From assembly GCF_964355755.1 (NCBI RefSeq), contig NC_092677.1, positions 14,034,101-14,098,100 on the forward strand: a stretch of DNA of 64,000 nucleotides, written 5' to 3'. The position numbers and the translations under genes were made by a program. The notes under the pieces are model-generated. The model worked only from the letters and a program-made list of their open reading frames with translations, searched no databases and was not told the DNA's origin. Below, in pieces: positions 51,201 to 64,000 of the stretch (the first letter of the stretch is position 1; the number at the start of each line of letters is the position of its first letter). This DNA is from Antedon mediterranea. Lineage: Eukaryota; Animalia; Echinodermata.

Positions 51201-53370
51201 AGTAGATTTTTTGAGACAAGTATGGGGTTACCCGGTGTACTAGTACAATTCAATTCAATTCAAATAAACATTTATTTCTTTCATTCATATTTGAGTAAAA
51301 AAAACATTATAATTTCTGATGTTTTATAAATAAATATTTTTTTTTTTTAGAGATATAATACAGTAAATCATAATGTATAAAAAGATGATTCAGTTATATA
51401 CAAAATGAAAGAGGCAAAAAAACCCAAGAAAGTATCGATCAATTGGAAAAAAAAAAATCCAATTGAAACTTGTATGTTGGGAAGCCATGTAAGAACATTA
51501 TATACTTATATATATAAATGTAAACATATAAATACACAAACACATATAGATCAACAGACACACACACAAACACTGATCATAACTGGGCCCTCTGGGAGAC
51601 CAGTCTTTGACTGAGGTTACCCAATATAAATAACAAATTCAAACATAAACAATGTGTTAAATTCATATTATATATTGATGCATACCATGAAACATGTCCA
51701 GTAGTCGACTGTTGCCTAGCAATAAGCCACCTTTGACCAGATATTCAAAGTATGAGTCGATACCAGCACCAATGCCTCCATCGATGGCGGTCCATTTACC
51801 CGATTGAACCGATATATGATTGCCTACCTATTAGATAAATATCGAGACAAATAATTCAACCGAGATAAGACATTTCATAATATTATGATTACCTCATGAA
51901 ATATAATCCTTTAGTTTCATTCTTACCAGACCAATTTCAGATCGCCTATCCCATAATGCTTCTAAGGCCTTTATTGCTGCATTCTCAAATATTGAATTGC
52001 CCGTCAGACGGCTTAGCGTTCCAAATTCTACGATGAACGTACCAACCCCAGCTGTACAAGTGACAGGAGTCTCATCTTTTGGAACTCCATACATCAAGTT
52101 GACAGTTCCATAGGGCATACCTGTCTTTGTATCAAATGCTGGAAGAAATTAATGAAATATTAATATTAAAATGTTATATATAACTCTGTGGTCTAACAGT
52201 ATGGCACCAGTCCAGAAACCATGAGGTTCCAGGTTGGGAAAGAGATTTTTTCTTACACTTGGTATATTTATAAGTAATAATTAATTAGATTAATTGAAAA
52301 AAAACCTGCAAGAATCTTTTTAGCAGCTTGCTCTGCAAGATCAAGAAGTGGTCCTTCGCACGGCCAGTTGTCAGACACTTGAAACCTGGTGTCGCGAGAC
52401 ATTAAATGTGCCGAAATAAGACCACCAACAACTGTGGGGAAAAATAAATTTTTAGTTCCAATCTTAAATTGGCACTGATCTTAAGAAATTACAAATTATC
52501 ATATACATTGCACGTAGTATAGTTACCTCGTATATTGGTCTCAAAGACAGAAACATTGATGTCTTCGTCAAAATCCAATGTGTCCAGTAACAGGCCGGAA
52601 ACACGGTTGAACTCTGTGTAGTTTCCCATCACAGCCAGTGTGTCTAAGGCATCGATAAGCGTTAGAGAATAGCTATAGTCAGACAGAAAGATAATAAGTA
52701 AAAGACAAATTTCATTACATGGTTAAAATTCACCGGGAAAAAGACCTTTGCTTTAACACTACAGAATATTTTCTCAATCATTTTGCTCCTCCTAGCTGGT
52801 GTCAAATACTACACTGCAGTAGGCCTACTACTGACTACGGGTGGTGTTGAAATGAGGACTTCAAGAATGCAATACACTTTATATAAAAAAAATGACAAAC
52901 TACTCTACACACCTGCCCCAAGTGTCTACACCATCACATGTCAAAGGTTGCAATTCATCGTACGGATAGGCGTGATTCAGATATCCTTCATAACTGAACT
53001 GAAACATTTTCCTTACCCTTTCCCTATAAAAAAATAAATAAATATTAAAATAGAAACGTCAGAAATATTTAAGTATTACTTATATGAATGTGTACAACTT
53101 TTCAGATAATATAATACCAGTGAACTACGTTGTTACACTTTATGGTATGAATCGACTTATTTGGCTGACTGTACGTAAATTAAAACCACTTCACTAGGCG
53201 GAGGCCACATAGATAGACAAGCTGGGCCTAGATAGGAAATAATGCATTTATTTACCATGCAACAGAACTCACCGATAGGATATTATCTCATCATTACTAA
53301 ATAATGATTCTGAATACGTTAAAAATATAAAAAGAAAGGAAAATAGCCTTAACCACATCCCTTTTTCCAT
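48292..53370 (-). CDS. EDEM2: ER degradation-enhancing alpha-mannosidase-like protein 2 (GH47), about 10 exons
   Basis: Signal peptide [25 protein letters not shown]...[57 protein letters not shown]...[72 protein letters not shown]. Confidence 0.95.
49567..49619. repeat. Perfect inverted repeat with 22-bp arms and a 9-nt loop, in an EDEM2 intron
   Basis: gcctgaaggtggcgcacttctt / aagaagtgcgccaccttcaggc. Confidence 0.85.
51085..51246 (+). mobile_element. SINE fragment resembling the Deu domain
   Basis: gtcttctcggataaggactataaac...aggtcc...gtgcactt...agtatgggg pattern. Confidence 0.45.
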
Positions 53371-54152
53371 GTTCTTTACTTTTCAGTGACGAAAGATCAA
53401 CAGTATGGGCGCAGCCATGTTTGTTTCGATCATTCCATTTCTGAAAAGGGGAACCAAACTAAGTGTGTGCTCTATTATTATTGTCTACATTTTTGATAAT
53501 GAATAATAAATGCTTGTTTCATGATTAGTTATATAAATTTTACATTGCTTTATGCTATTGTTAAAACTAAAACTATTTTATCAATTCAGCGTTTATTTCT
53601 AATATTTGCTTCCCAATATTTAAATTATGAGAGCTAGCTGTTGATAGTGGATTCGTCTCGTGTGCTATTTTTTTATTATTCAGAAGAAAAAAAATTAGTC
53701 GCGAGGTATTTATTCAGTAGAAAAAACATTTTTTCATTGCCAGAGACCTTCGTCAAATCTTAACTGAATATAAACATTGTAAGCACCTTTTTCTTTAATT
53801 GTTTTGATGATGACAGTGATCGTTTTTTAATGAGGGCAACTGCGAGTTTAATGTAGAATAGATAGGCCTGACATTGCTACCCTACCAGTAGGCCTAGTCC
53901 AAGTAAGATGATAACGCCACCTTTTCACCCTCGAGTCGGGGGCGAATGAAGTTATATAGTGGGTAGCTAGGCCTAGCTTAGAAACATTTAAGTAATTTGT
54001 AATTATTATAGGCAAATGACTCATTTAGTACACTACAGTACATATGTTACGCAGAATAAGATATAAATATATAGATTTCAGAAATAAAGTTCTTATTTAA
54101 ACAATACATAGGCCTAGCCTAGTAGTAGGCCTACTACTTACATTACAATTAT

Positions 54153-54919
54153 TACGCCGTGGTTAGGATTCCGGCACCGGAACTCAACTGCCCAGCGTTA
54201 TGGAATCCGACACGCTATTGCGCATGCCCAGAGCGAGGTAATCGGCGCGCGACTCTATACTTATCAACAGCGCGATGGATCATTTCATAGCTGCGCCACA
54301 CGGCGAACTAGCCTAGATGCCTACTAATTATGGTATCCACTAATCTAGGCTAGAGGGCTACCAGTTAGACCATGAAGGTACCTCCATGGTTAGACGTGAC
54401 CAGTGGGCCTATAGTATTTATTTTGTAATTAAAAAGTGGTTGCTTCATTCATATATAAACTTCATATCATTATGAATTATATAATTACATGACTAGTTTT
54501 ATGATATTTCATAACGCATTATACTGTACATAACAACATGCAATCACAAGTTGATTTGTTGACGGCAGCCACCGCGTGCGTGGATGTGAAAAAACTGTTC
54601 GGGAAGTCAGGGTCGCAACGCTAAAAAAACATTACGATTCTTAGATAGATACTGATACTTATTAATATCATTTTAATTATTTTAACGCGTGGCGTAGTCG
54701 TATTTTAATTATTAAGTTTCATCCATCGCTCTCTCGCTCGCGGAACGACTATCTAGGCTACAGTAAATCCCTATAACACTCCGACTCTCCGTGGTGTGCC
54801 ACTATTAGTGCAAGCTATAAATAATTCACTTCCAAGAGCTCTGGGCATGCGCAATAGCGTGTCGGATTCCCTAACGGTGGGCAGTTGAGTTCCGGTGCCG
54901 GAATCCTAACCACGGCGTA
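54153..54919. mobile_element. Non-autonomous DNA transposon with about 80-bp TIRs
   Basis: tacgccgtggttaggattccggcaccggaactcaactgccca...gcgcatgcccagagc is mirrored at about 54836-54919 with few mismatches. Confidence 0.85.
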
Positions 54920-55184
54920 CAATTAATTAGCCTTAGGCCTAATAATTTACTTACTACTTATTACAGTACTGTCGTATAAATAAACATTTATTTCCATTAA
55001 AGAGTTAATTTAACTTAAGTTAATTTTTGTTAAGTTAATTTTTGTTACGTTACAATTACTACCACCGTTAATAATTAGTAATGTTTAGTTTAAATAATGT
55101 TAATTGTTTTTTGTTGTTGCCATTTTATTGATTCAAACCAGCAGGATCTTAATCCAGTAGCATACCATTACATCTTGTGTCAAT

Positions 55185-58100
55185 ATGTCGTATTCTAAAC
55201 TTGGATTTGAGGAGGATGATGATGACTTCTCACTCGAAGCAGTGACGGTGACCGACACAAAACCTCGATCTTTCAGTGGCTTCGATTCTGATTCACCACT
55301 ACTCACAGATACTAATGGAACACAGTATCAGGTAAGAAACACAAATATTAAATGTTTTTGCGATGGGTTGTGAACTTTTTTATTAGCCTACTGTCCTTGA
55401 ATATAAGTTTGGATTGTGAGCTTACTCACTGTGAGGACTAACTTGTGAAAATTTCTCCAAAGTTATAGGGTGGATTTTTTACCCCAATATGGGCTTATTG
55501 TATGGGTACGTTGAAGGCTCTCCTTGGCTTTTATGGTGCATACTCTATGTGTACGCTGCAAGATTTACGGTACCTCCTTATTGAACTTCCGACAAGTTAA
55601 TAATGTGTATTGTTACGTTTAAATGTCGACTCAATATCCTCTAGTTAGTATAAGATTTAATTTGGATGAAAATAGGTTAATTTGTCAATTAAAAACCTGT
55701 GAAGTGTGATATTAATTATTTGTGTTGTTGATAAAATTGTTTCAGAATTCCATAAACCAAGTGTTTAAAATAACTGGTACCTTTAGTACTACTGTACTAC
55801 TACTTGTAGTCATACCAATAATCAAGCAAAGTATAAATAATGCCGATGCTTTCAATTGTACAGGATTTAGTTAAGTGTATAAAGCAGATTTGTATGAGAT
55901 TGCAAGCCAAAAGTAATGTCACTTAGAATGACTTGTTTTAATTGATGGTGTCAAGTTTTGAATCTATGAAATGACAGGATTTAAAGCTATTAACCTTTTT
56001 GTTTAATATAAGGTGTAAATTTCCAGTATTCATCTGTCAAGGATAAATGTTTGGAATTTAAGTTTGAATGTAATTGAAGATATGTACTGTAAAAGGTTTT
56101 AGATAGGGTATCATGACAGATCCTGCAGGGAGAGGAGGGCAAGCAGCTTGTCTGAGACACCTCCATTTTGAAATTTACAAATATAATGAAAAAGTGATTT
56201 TCCCATTTTGCAATACCAATGTTTTCTCACTTTTATGGAGCATTCCTCAATCCTTCATTATTGAACTGTTTGCTATGCTCTGATTAAAGACATTTCTGTA
56301 GATTTAAAACAAATAATTTTCATACCATTACATGATTTTTTCATAATGCAAGTGTATGACCCACTATACAACCCTAGGAGAGGTGAGTCAATTACCCGAC
56401 GTGCGGCATACCTTATGAATACCATGATGGACTTGTGCGTCAAAAATGTGACTTACCTTTAAGTGACCATGACGCACTATAACCATGTTGTTTATGATAT
56501 GGTGGTTGGTAAAGTGATGGACATTGACCCGCCATTGTTCATTGATGTACTGTACCATCTAGGTTTTTTGAAGCAGTAATTTAGTAAATGACACACCTCT
56601 CCCGGGGGTCGGGGGTCGTACATACAGTAGTGGGTCATACAAGTGCATTACCTTCAATTCAAGCTTTATAAAAAAAACACGGTTTATTGGACACTTGTTA
56701 ATTCTGATACATGTTTGATTTGTGCTTGTCGTAAAGTTGGCTATAAGTAACTACAGTATGCTAGAAATTAAAACTGTAATTTGAAAGGACAGTTAATTTT
56801 AAAATGTCTGTCAAAAAATGTATGAAACATAAAAGCAGGAAACTTAATCGTGCTTGTAGGAAAGGTGATCCTTTACATTAAATACCTTTAACATTACATC
56901 TAGGATCAATTTCAAATTGAAAAGAACATCTTGTTTGACAAGTTTAGTACTTTGATGTCTAGAAAATGTTTTAGAGTATATGAACTAGAAATGGGAATTA
57001 TATTGGTCAATAATGTAATATTGGAAATGCACTCAAATATCTTGACAGTCTCACACACACAATCTGTGTTCACACTATATACCAAGGTCCGTGCACAAAT
57101 CTGTGTTAAAACCAAATAACCTGTGTTCACACCTATAATTAATATTTATGCAAAATTAAACTATGATCTGTTTTCACACCAAAGGTACAGTAAATCTCTG
57201 TCTACACTATCAAACTACGGAAGTTTAAAAAAAAAATGTGATGAGCCCATATATGGAAGTGATGTGGTTAAATATGGTAGTGATATGATGACATCATGTC
57301 CATATATGGGCACATCACTTTTTTTTGTCACATAAAGTTTGATTCTGCAGTTTGAAATGGTCTTACATGTACATGTAATGTAAACAATATTACTTTTATT
57401 AAATATTATAAAACATCCTGTTGTGGTTTGATGTATTCCAAGGTTACGATCATTGACTTTGTTTTGATCTACTAGTATTTGAATTGTTTCAACAAAGTCA
57501 TTGTAATTGCTCTATAGATGACAATGCAAATATTAACTCTTCAGTATTCTGTTTTTTGACCTTTATCTCTATTATAAAATTTGATTTTGAAAGGAAAAGG
57601 TCAAAATATAACATTTCCTAATATTGTTCAAATACAGAAAAAAGCCAATATAAAAATCCTATTTATCTTGAATGTAACATGTAAACAAACTGGTATTTTA
57701 AGCATGTACAAGTGTGTACATCAATATTTACACTAGCCTACAGTAGGAATCTGCTACAGTATAACATGTAAACATTAATGTAACTGTATTTGACAGCTGT
57801 CCAATTGTGATTTAAACAATCAATGATGTTAATGTTGTAATGATAATGATCTGCTCTCATGCTGAACATACTCTCTAGGTAATGGGGATAATGAGACTTT
57901 AATAGTAGTAATTACAAATCAGTTATATTAAATTATATTGTTTGTAATGATAAAATGAAAACATAATTCAGTGAAATGAATATTAATCTCTTTCTTTATG
58001 TCTCCCCCACCCACCACATTAAACCGTCCCCTTCTTTATCTAAAACATCTCCCTTTCCCATCTCAAACCTTCCCTCTCATCATTAATCTAAATATCAAGC

Positions 58101-61100
58101 TTTGTTTATGGTAATAAGTTCCAACGAACACATCTTAGAATTTGTGAAAATAAATTAATGAAATTGCTTTTGGTTACAGGAGGAAGACATACACTGTGGG
58201 AATGGTACCATGCACGTTGCCATCCAAGGGAATAGCTCAAAACCAGCATTATTAACATACCATGACATAGGCTTAAATCGTAAGTAAACAATGCAAGGCC
58301 CTTAATCCAACTTAATGCACTACTACTGTATGTAATCTGTTCTGCCTCCATGGTCAAAGAAATACCGTTGGCCTTGGTACCTAATTTGGTGAAAGTTAGA
58401 AAATGACATTATACAGTACTGTACAGTTAGTTGGTTAACAGGCGCCGTTTAGTGGCAGCACTCACACGAAGTGACCCTTAGGGGAGAAGAAAGTTATTGT
58501 ATGCATTGTATTATGTTATTGTTATTCCCCCACAATTTACCAGTGTCTTGTGTCCAAATTTAGTCTAAATTGGGGTGATTATACATGAGCATATATTGTT
58601 TTATTTTTGCATTGCTTGTACTGTAGTTAAAAGGAACAAAGTACTTGTTTTCCGTAAGGAATGCTGTCTCATTCTAACTAAATTTAATCCTGAACTTTAA
58701 TCTATTCCTATCTTCCTCAATTGGTTTCAAATATTTGGAAAATTGCACGGATGTATTTATGTATTTCAATTCTATAGAAAAGTATTGTATATATCATTTT
58801 AATACCTTACTTCCTGCCATATACTTACTTCCTTAGTTTAATTTTGTTATAATTTACTTTCATAGAAAAACAAACAATTTGGTTATGTTTTGCATGGTGA
58901 TTAAAATAACAAGACTACTATTAATATGTTAAATTTCAAATTCTACAAATGATATTGGTATTAACTTTTCTTTCTAAAGCTCTGTCTATAATAAAAAATT
59001 TGATGTGTCCCAATATGGTAGTTGATACACCAAAATATGGTAGTGATGACAGCATCGTGTCCATATGTGGGCACATTACATTTTTTTGTTGCATAAAGTT
59101 TGATAGTGTAGGCAGAGCTTTAAGCAAAAACCTGGCATATTATTGTTATTAAAATCACTGCTTTTTTTTTCTAAATATCCCACCTATAATGTTTAAAATC
59201 ATGTCTTGTTAAATATTTCAGATGTCACCTGCTTCCAGGGATTTTTTAACTTTCCCGACATGCAACCAATTCTAAAGAATTTTTGTGTTTACCACCTGAA
59301 TGCACCTGGGCAACATAGAGACTCCCCAGCACTACCACAAGGGTAAAATATTCTTGCATTTCTAGTATCAGAATTCCATTTTATAAGGTATAAAGCTCTC
59401 GTAGCCGATTTGGCACAACTTGAAAAATCATTTAACACCTAAAATGATGACACTTTAGTATATTATCTAAACTTGTAGTAAATAACACTATTTCTTGGTT
59501 TGTCATACAAACTGTGTAAACATAGATTATGGTGCAACTGAATGAACAATTTTTATTTATTTAAATTCAATAGTTGTTCAGTAGCTTTGAATGAATAGAG
59601 TAGGAAAATTGTTTAAAAATACATATTTGCATTGCATATTATGTGTCAATTATATAGAAAGTTTATTATAAAAAGAAAGAATTCCCTCCTTCCCCTGTCC
59701 CCACCTAAAAAATAAATTAAAAAAATAAAAAATAAGATAAATATAATATTTTAATTACCTTAGTTAATATATTATTTATAAACATTTAATTGTTTTTAAT
59801 TATTTCAGTTATGTGTACCCAGATATGGATGGATTAGCGGAGATGATACTTCCTGTACTGCAGCATTTTGGGTAATTTATTATACTATATATTTTTAATC
59901 TATGACTGCTTCCTGACATTCACAAATAAAAGTGTATTTATTCAATTGGAACTGTTTCACTCATAATAAATTTATTAGTAAATTGTAAAAATATCTAACC
60001 TCGTATATGATCACTATACCCTTGAAATTGTATGTACATAATTCATATAATTTGTATATAAGAATTTGTATTGAATTTTTGACATTTAACAAGTGCTGTT
60101 CAAAACACATTGAAATTTATTATTCACTAATATTCACTGATCGAAGAAATGTATGATTTATATTAAATGTTAGAAAACTAAAAACAGTATTTGAATTCTT
60201 ATTGAAAACATATTATTAAAAAGGTGTATTTGAAAATATTGAAAATTCTATTTCATCAGAAATCACTATTGGTGTTTACAGTGAAAATGCAATATATTTT
60301 AAATATTTGAAGTTAATTGAAATTTCTAGTTATTATTTCAAAATGTTCAATCAATTCTATTTTGTATGATTATTCTATTTTGTATGATTATTCTATTTAA
60401 ATGCTAAACTTGTTTTACAAGATGTGAAAAATAGGTTATTTTTATAATGATCAATTGAAACTTGCATTTATGCAAATATCTTCTCTGATAAGGAGTTCAC
60501 ACTAGGCTAAGAGAAACACCCTTAAAGTTGGGGAAAATCTCCTATTTAACTGAATACAATTTAAGGAAAATACTTTATTTTTTATTGAGTTAAGAGAAAC
60601 GCTTAATATTGAAGGGAAATATTTCACATAAGTGTGATTGGTGAATACGGCCACTGTATCTCCTGTGCACTTAAAAACCCAGCACACCTTTTGGTAGATT
60701 GGTCTGCGCTGCGCTGCGTCTGGTAGGCGCTGCACTGGGTTCATAGAAAGCCTAATCCAAATTTTCCCAATTGAGGACAAATAATGTAAAAACAGATCCT
60801 ATACAGTACATGATCGAACGTTGAAAATCTGTTTGTCTGTCTTTTGACAACAATTTTCATCTCATATGGGATAGTGTAGTATAGAAAGAAACACTTAGAA
60901 GGTTAATTAATATTTAGGAGATAGATGCTATGGTGTGGGCCTGTTGCCATCAGCAGAAACGATTTAAACTGCACGATTTTTATTGCTGCTAGACATGATA
61001 CTGCACAAGAATTTGGCTGCATAGAAGTAACACATATCTTGAAAATCTGAATATTAGATAGTGCTCTCTCTCTCTTCGCATTTCATACATAATTTTGTCA

Positions 61101-63119
61101 ATCTGTGTCTCTTTAATAATGGAATACAATTTAGTTTGAACCAGATCAATTTAGAACTGTTACAGAGTTCAAGAACACCTGATTAGTTTGAGGCGTTTTG
61201 GTGGCAATGCTACGCATCATTTGTAAAAAGCAATTATGGAGAATATGAGATTGAATTGAATCTCCTGTTTTATTGTTGAAATTGCGTAATTAACCAACAT
61301 AGTAACATACTGGAAAGGTTAATGTAAGAATTACCCTCGACCTAATATTATTTATTGAGTTTTAGTTTTATAATCATCACTTCATTTTTTAAATTTTTAC
61401 TAGTATAAACTTTTTTTTTAGAATTAAAGAGTTTGTTGGTTTTGGAGTTGGTGCTGGTGCCAATATTTTAGCTCGATTTGAGGTAAGTTTAAAAAAGTTT
61501 TATATAGGTTAAGGGCACACTTTACTGGATCCAGAATGTGTCCCCTTGATAGAGGTTTATTAACATATTGTTATAATTGCCCTGCTTTAATTTATTTGAA
61601 CTTTGACCTGATATTACAGTACTATTATTTTACTAAAATTAATTGCTTTTGATTTTAGATCTTCAGTTGAACTTTGAATTGTTATGCTTTTTTTAATGAA
61701 TATTACTTGTTTATTATGATTACTTTCTGTATCTAGTTGGAGCATCCTACATACGTACGAGGACTCACACTTATAAATTGTGTCGCGTCAACTGCAACAT
61801 GGTCGGAGTGGGGACATCAAAAGGTAATTTGTGATTAACGATTAGAATCCTTCCTTTGGGACACTCCTATTAAAGGGACACTTTCCTTTGAAAATAACGA
61901 CGGGGAAAATATACTTTCGCCAATTCAGAGAACACCCCCATTAAGAAAACACTTTGTTGCAACACAAAGGAATTGTTTTCTTTTTATCATATTTATTACA
62001 ATCATCATGGCTTAGTATATGCTTTCAGACCATTTCACCCTCTAGCTGATACTGTTTTATGAAAATGATTCTTATATTGTAGATTGGTTGATTGATTGTT
62101 ATATATAATGTACTATTATTTTCTCTTCTTTTCAGTTCTCATCATTTTACCTTAAAGGTAAAGGAATGACGAATTTCACACAAGAGTACCTGCTTTGGCA
62201 CTATTTTGGCAAGGTAATAGTGATAGTTGCACCTTAAATTGCTGGTAAACGGAACGCAGTTATGTGGGTTTTGTTCTGTTTTGGTAGCTTTTAGGTTTCA
62301 TAAATCAGTTTCCTAAATGCTAGAAAAATTCAATTTTATTATTATTGGTCGATTAATGTTTGATCTATTGTTTCAGTTATATGTTAAGTTAATAGCCTAT
62401 AGATAACCATCATACGTTTGTATACTACAAACATGATGAAATAACTATGTATGCAGTAAGAAATTAGTCCAGAGTGGGTATTGAGTTGAATACTGTAAGA
62501 ATATTATTGTAAATAAGGAAAGAATAATTGAAGGAACATTTACACAGGCGAGCGGTAATTAGGGTGGAAAACCAAGTAGCTTCTGTATCTATCCTGAGAA
62601 CTGCCCACCTGTACTTCGTTTTGTGTAAATGGTCATAAGGAATAACAACATCGATTCTAAATTTTTATACTGTTACCGATCGTCTGTGTAAATTGGCCTT
62701 TAGGTGTAAACTTCATTTTTGTCACACCTTGGCGGTATGCCTAAAAAGTGTTTTCTATGTTTTAACAGAAAACCCTTGAATCAAATCATGACTTAGTAGC
62801 TGTGTATAGAGAAAATCTAGCAAAAAGTGTGAATTCTGCAAACTTAGCACAGTTTATCAACACCTATATCAAGTAAGTATTATACTATCAAAAGGAGAAT
62901 TACTTTAAAAAATGACAATTATACTTATATGTATGATATCTTAGAAGAGAATGAGAGACAACATCCCTCCCCATCCTTCTTTCTTATTTTGTTACTTACA
63001 GGAGGACAGATCTTAATATTGTACGAGAGTTAGACAAGGGTAAGAAGAAAAATGCAAGAACGCTCAAGTGCAACACCATGCTTATATGTGGTAAAAACTC
63101 TCCACACATTAACGACACT
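55185..63119 (+). CDS. NDRG: NDRG-family (alpha/beta-hydrolase fold) protein, 3'-incomplete. Exons approx. 55185-55331, 58180-58279, 59222-59342, 59809-59871, 61422-61482, 61737-61823, 62136-62213, 62769-62872, 63002-63119
   Basis: KPALLTYHDIGLNHVTCFQGFFNFPDMQPILKNFCVYHLNAPGQ, YVYPDMDGLAEM, GFGVGAGANILARF, GLTLINC...WSEW, LLWHYFG, RTDL...TLKC...SPH. Confidence 0.93.
56344..56650. mobile_element. MITE-like element (about 307 bp)
   Basis: Imperfect TIRs taatgcaagtgtatgacccacta / tagtgggtcatacaagtgcatta. Confidence 0.65.
57194..57345. mobile_element. Short Harbinger-like MITE family, copy 3
   Basis: ctctgtctacactatcaaact...aaatatggtagtgatatg...cataaagtttga. Confidence 0.7.
58977..59120. mobile_element. 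Short Harbinger-like MITE family, copy 4
   Basis: aaagctctgtcta...tttgatagtgtaggcagagcttt. Confidence 0.7.
62538..62693. mobile_element. Degenerate MITE
   Basis: Imperfect TIRs atttacacaggcgagcggtaa / ttaccgatcgtctgtgtaaat. Confidence 0.5.
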
Positions 63120-64000
63120 GTGAGTACTATTCCTTGGACTTGTTATTAATAATAATTCTATGTACTGCGGAAAATCACATACATGTCTCCTGATGAGTTA
63201 AGCACTGCGCTGTTTGTGCACTATTCAAAAAGAGTAGTGGATTATCTTCCGGTATGCTTTACCATGGTCCAGTACTGGAAAACAGACTTGTACAGAAGAA
63301 ATAAATAAATAAACAAATTATTAAAATGTCTTTAGATAATGTAGTGTAGTGGTGGCATTCATCACTCGTATACAATCCAGGAATTATTTTCTATCTTTTT
63401 CTCTCTAGCTCCCTCTTTTAAAATTTCAGGCCATAAAGTTGTTAGTCTCCCTCTAGCTTAAAATGATTGTTAAAAAAAAACCTATTCCATACTGCGGAAG
63501 AAGAGAGAATTGGGATTTCATTGACCTTTTGAAATGACTTTCGAGGTACTGTGAAAGAATTGAATTTGTTTACATAAATGATGTTGAAGCCTTAAAATAA
63601 TTAAACCCTCTAGGCTTGCAAATATTAACTAAATTGCTACAACATTAGTATATCTGCCTTAATATCCCATCTTTTGTTCTACCTCCCCCTGTTCCATGTG
63701 GAATTAACAGGTGGGAATATATTTAGTAACATATGTTACATTTACAACAAAGTATATTGCATAACGCCCTCATTCTGTACGTTGTCATCGACAGAAGATT
63801 GTGCCGAATGTTCTTATCTGTTAATTTGTTGGCCTTCAAATAAATTAAAATAATTACCCAGTTATTAAATTTAATTATATAATGGAATATAAAAATAATC
63901 AATTTAAAATCATATGGTTGTTTTGAGGACCTTGACTACTTTGTAAGATGCTATGTTTCATTCATGTGTCATAATGGTAGAAAACCCGAAATCAAGTGAC

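Overview
AT-rich, intron-rich animal genomic DNA; the gene and repeat content suggests an invertebrate deuterostome, possibly an echinoderm (inference). Gene models were assembled by hand from GT-AG junctions and exon phases. From left to right: (1) a minus-strand KIAA0513-like gene whose intron holds an intact, very recent Gypsy-like LTR retrotransposon with identical 181-bp LTRs, non-canonical CG...CG termini and a 3-bp TSD; (2) a tandemly duplicated NLR locus, with one decayed copy and one open copy predicted as DED-DED-transmembrane-FN3-NACHT with almost no LRR; (3) a small plus-strand coiled-coil gene with a CEP290-like C-terminal motif, whose intron carries a nested antisense LBP/BPI-family gene ending in KDEL; (4) EDEM2 (minus) head-to-head with an NDRG-family gene (plus, running off the window). 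MITEs, SINEs, LINE fragments, a Helentron-like element and short palindromes are scattered throughout. Family assignments come from recalled motifs, not database searches.
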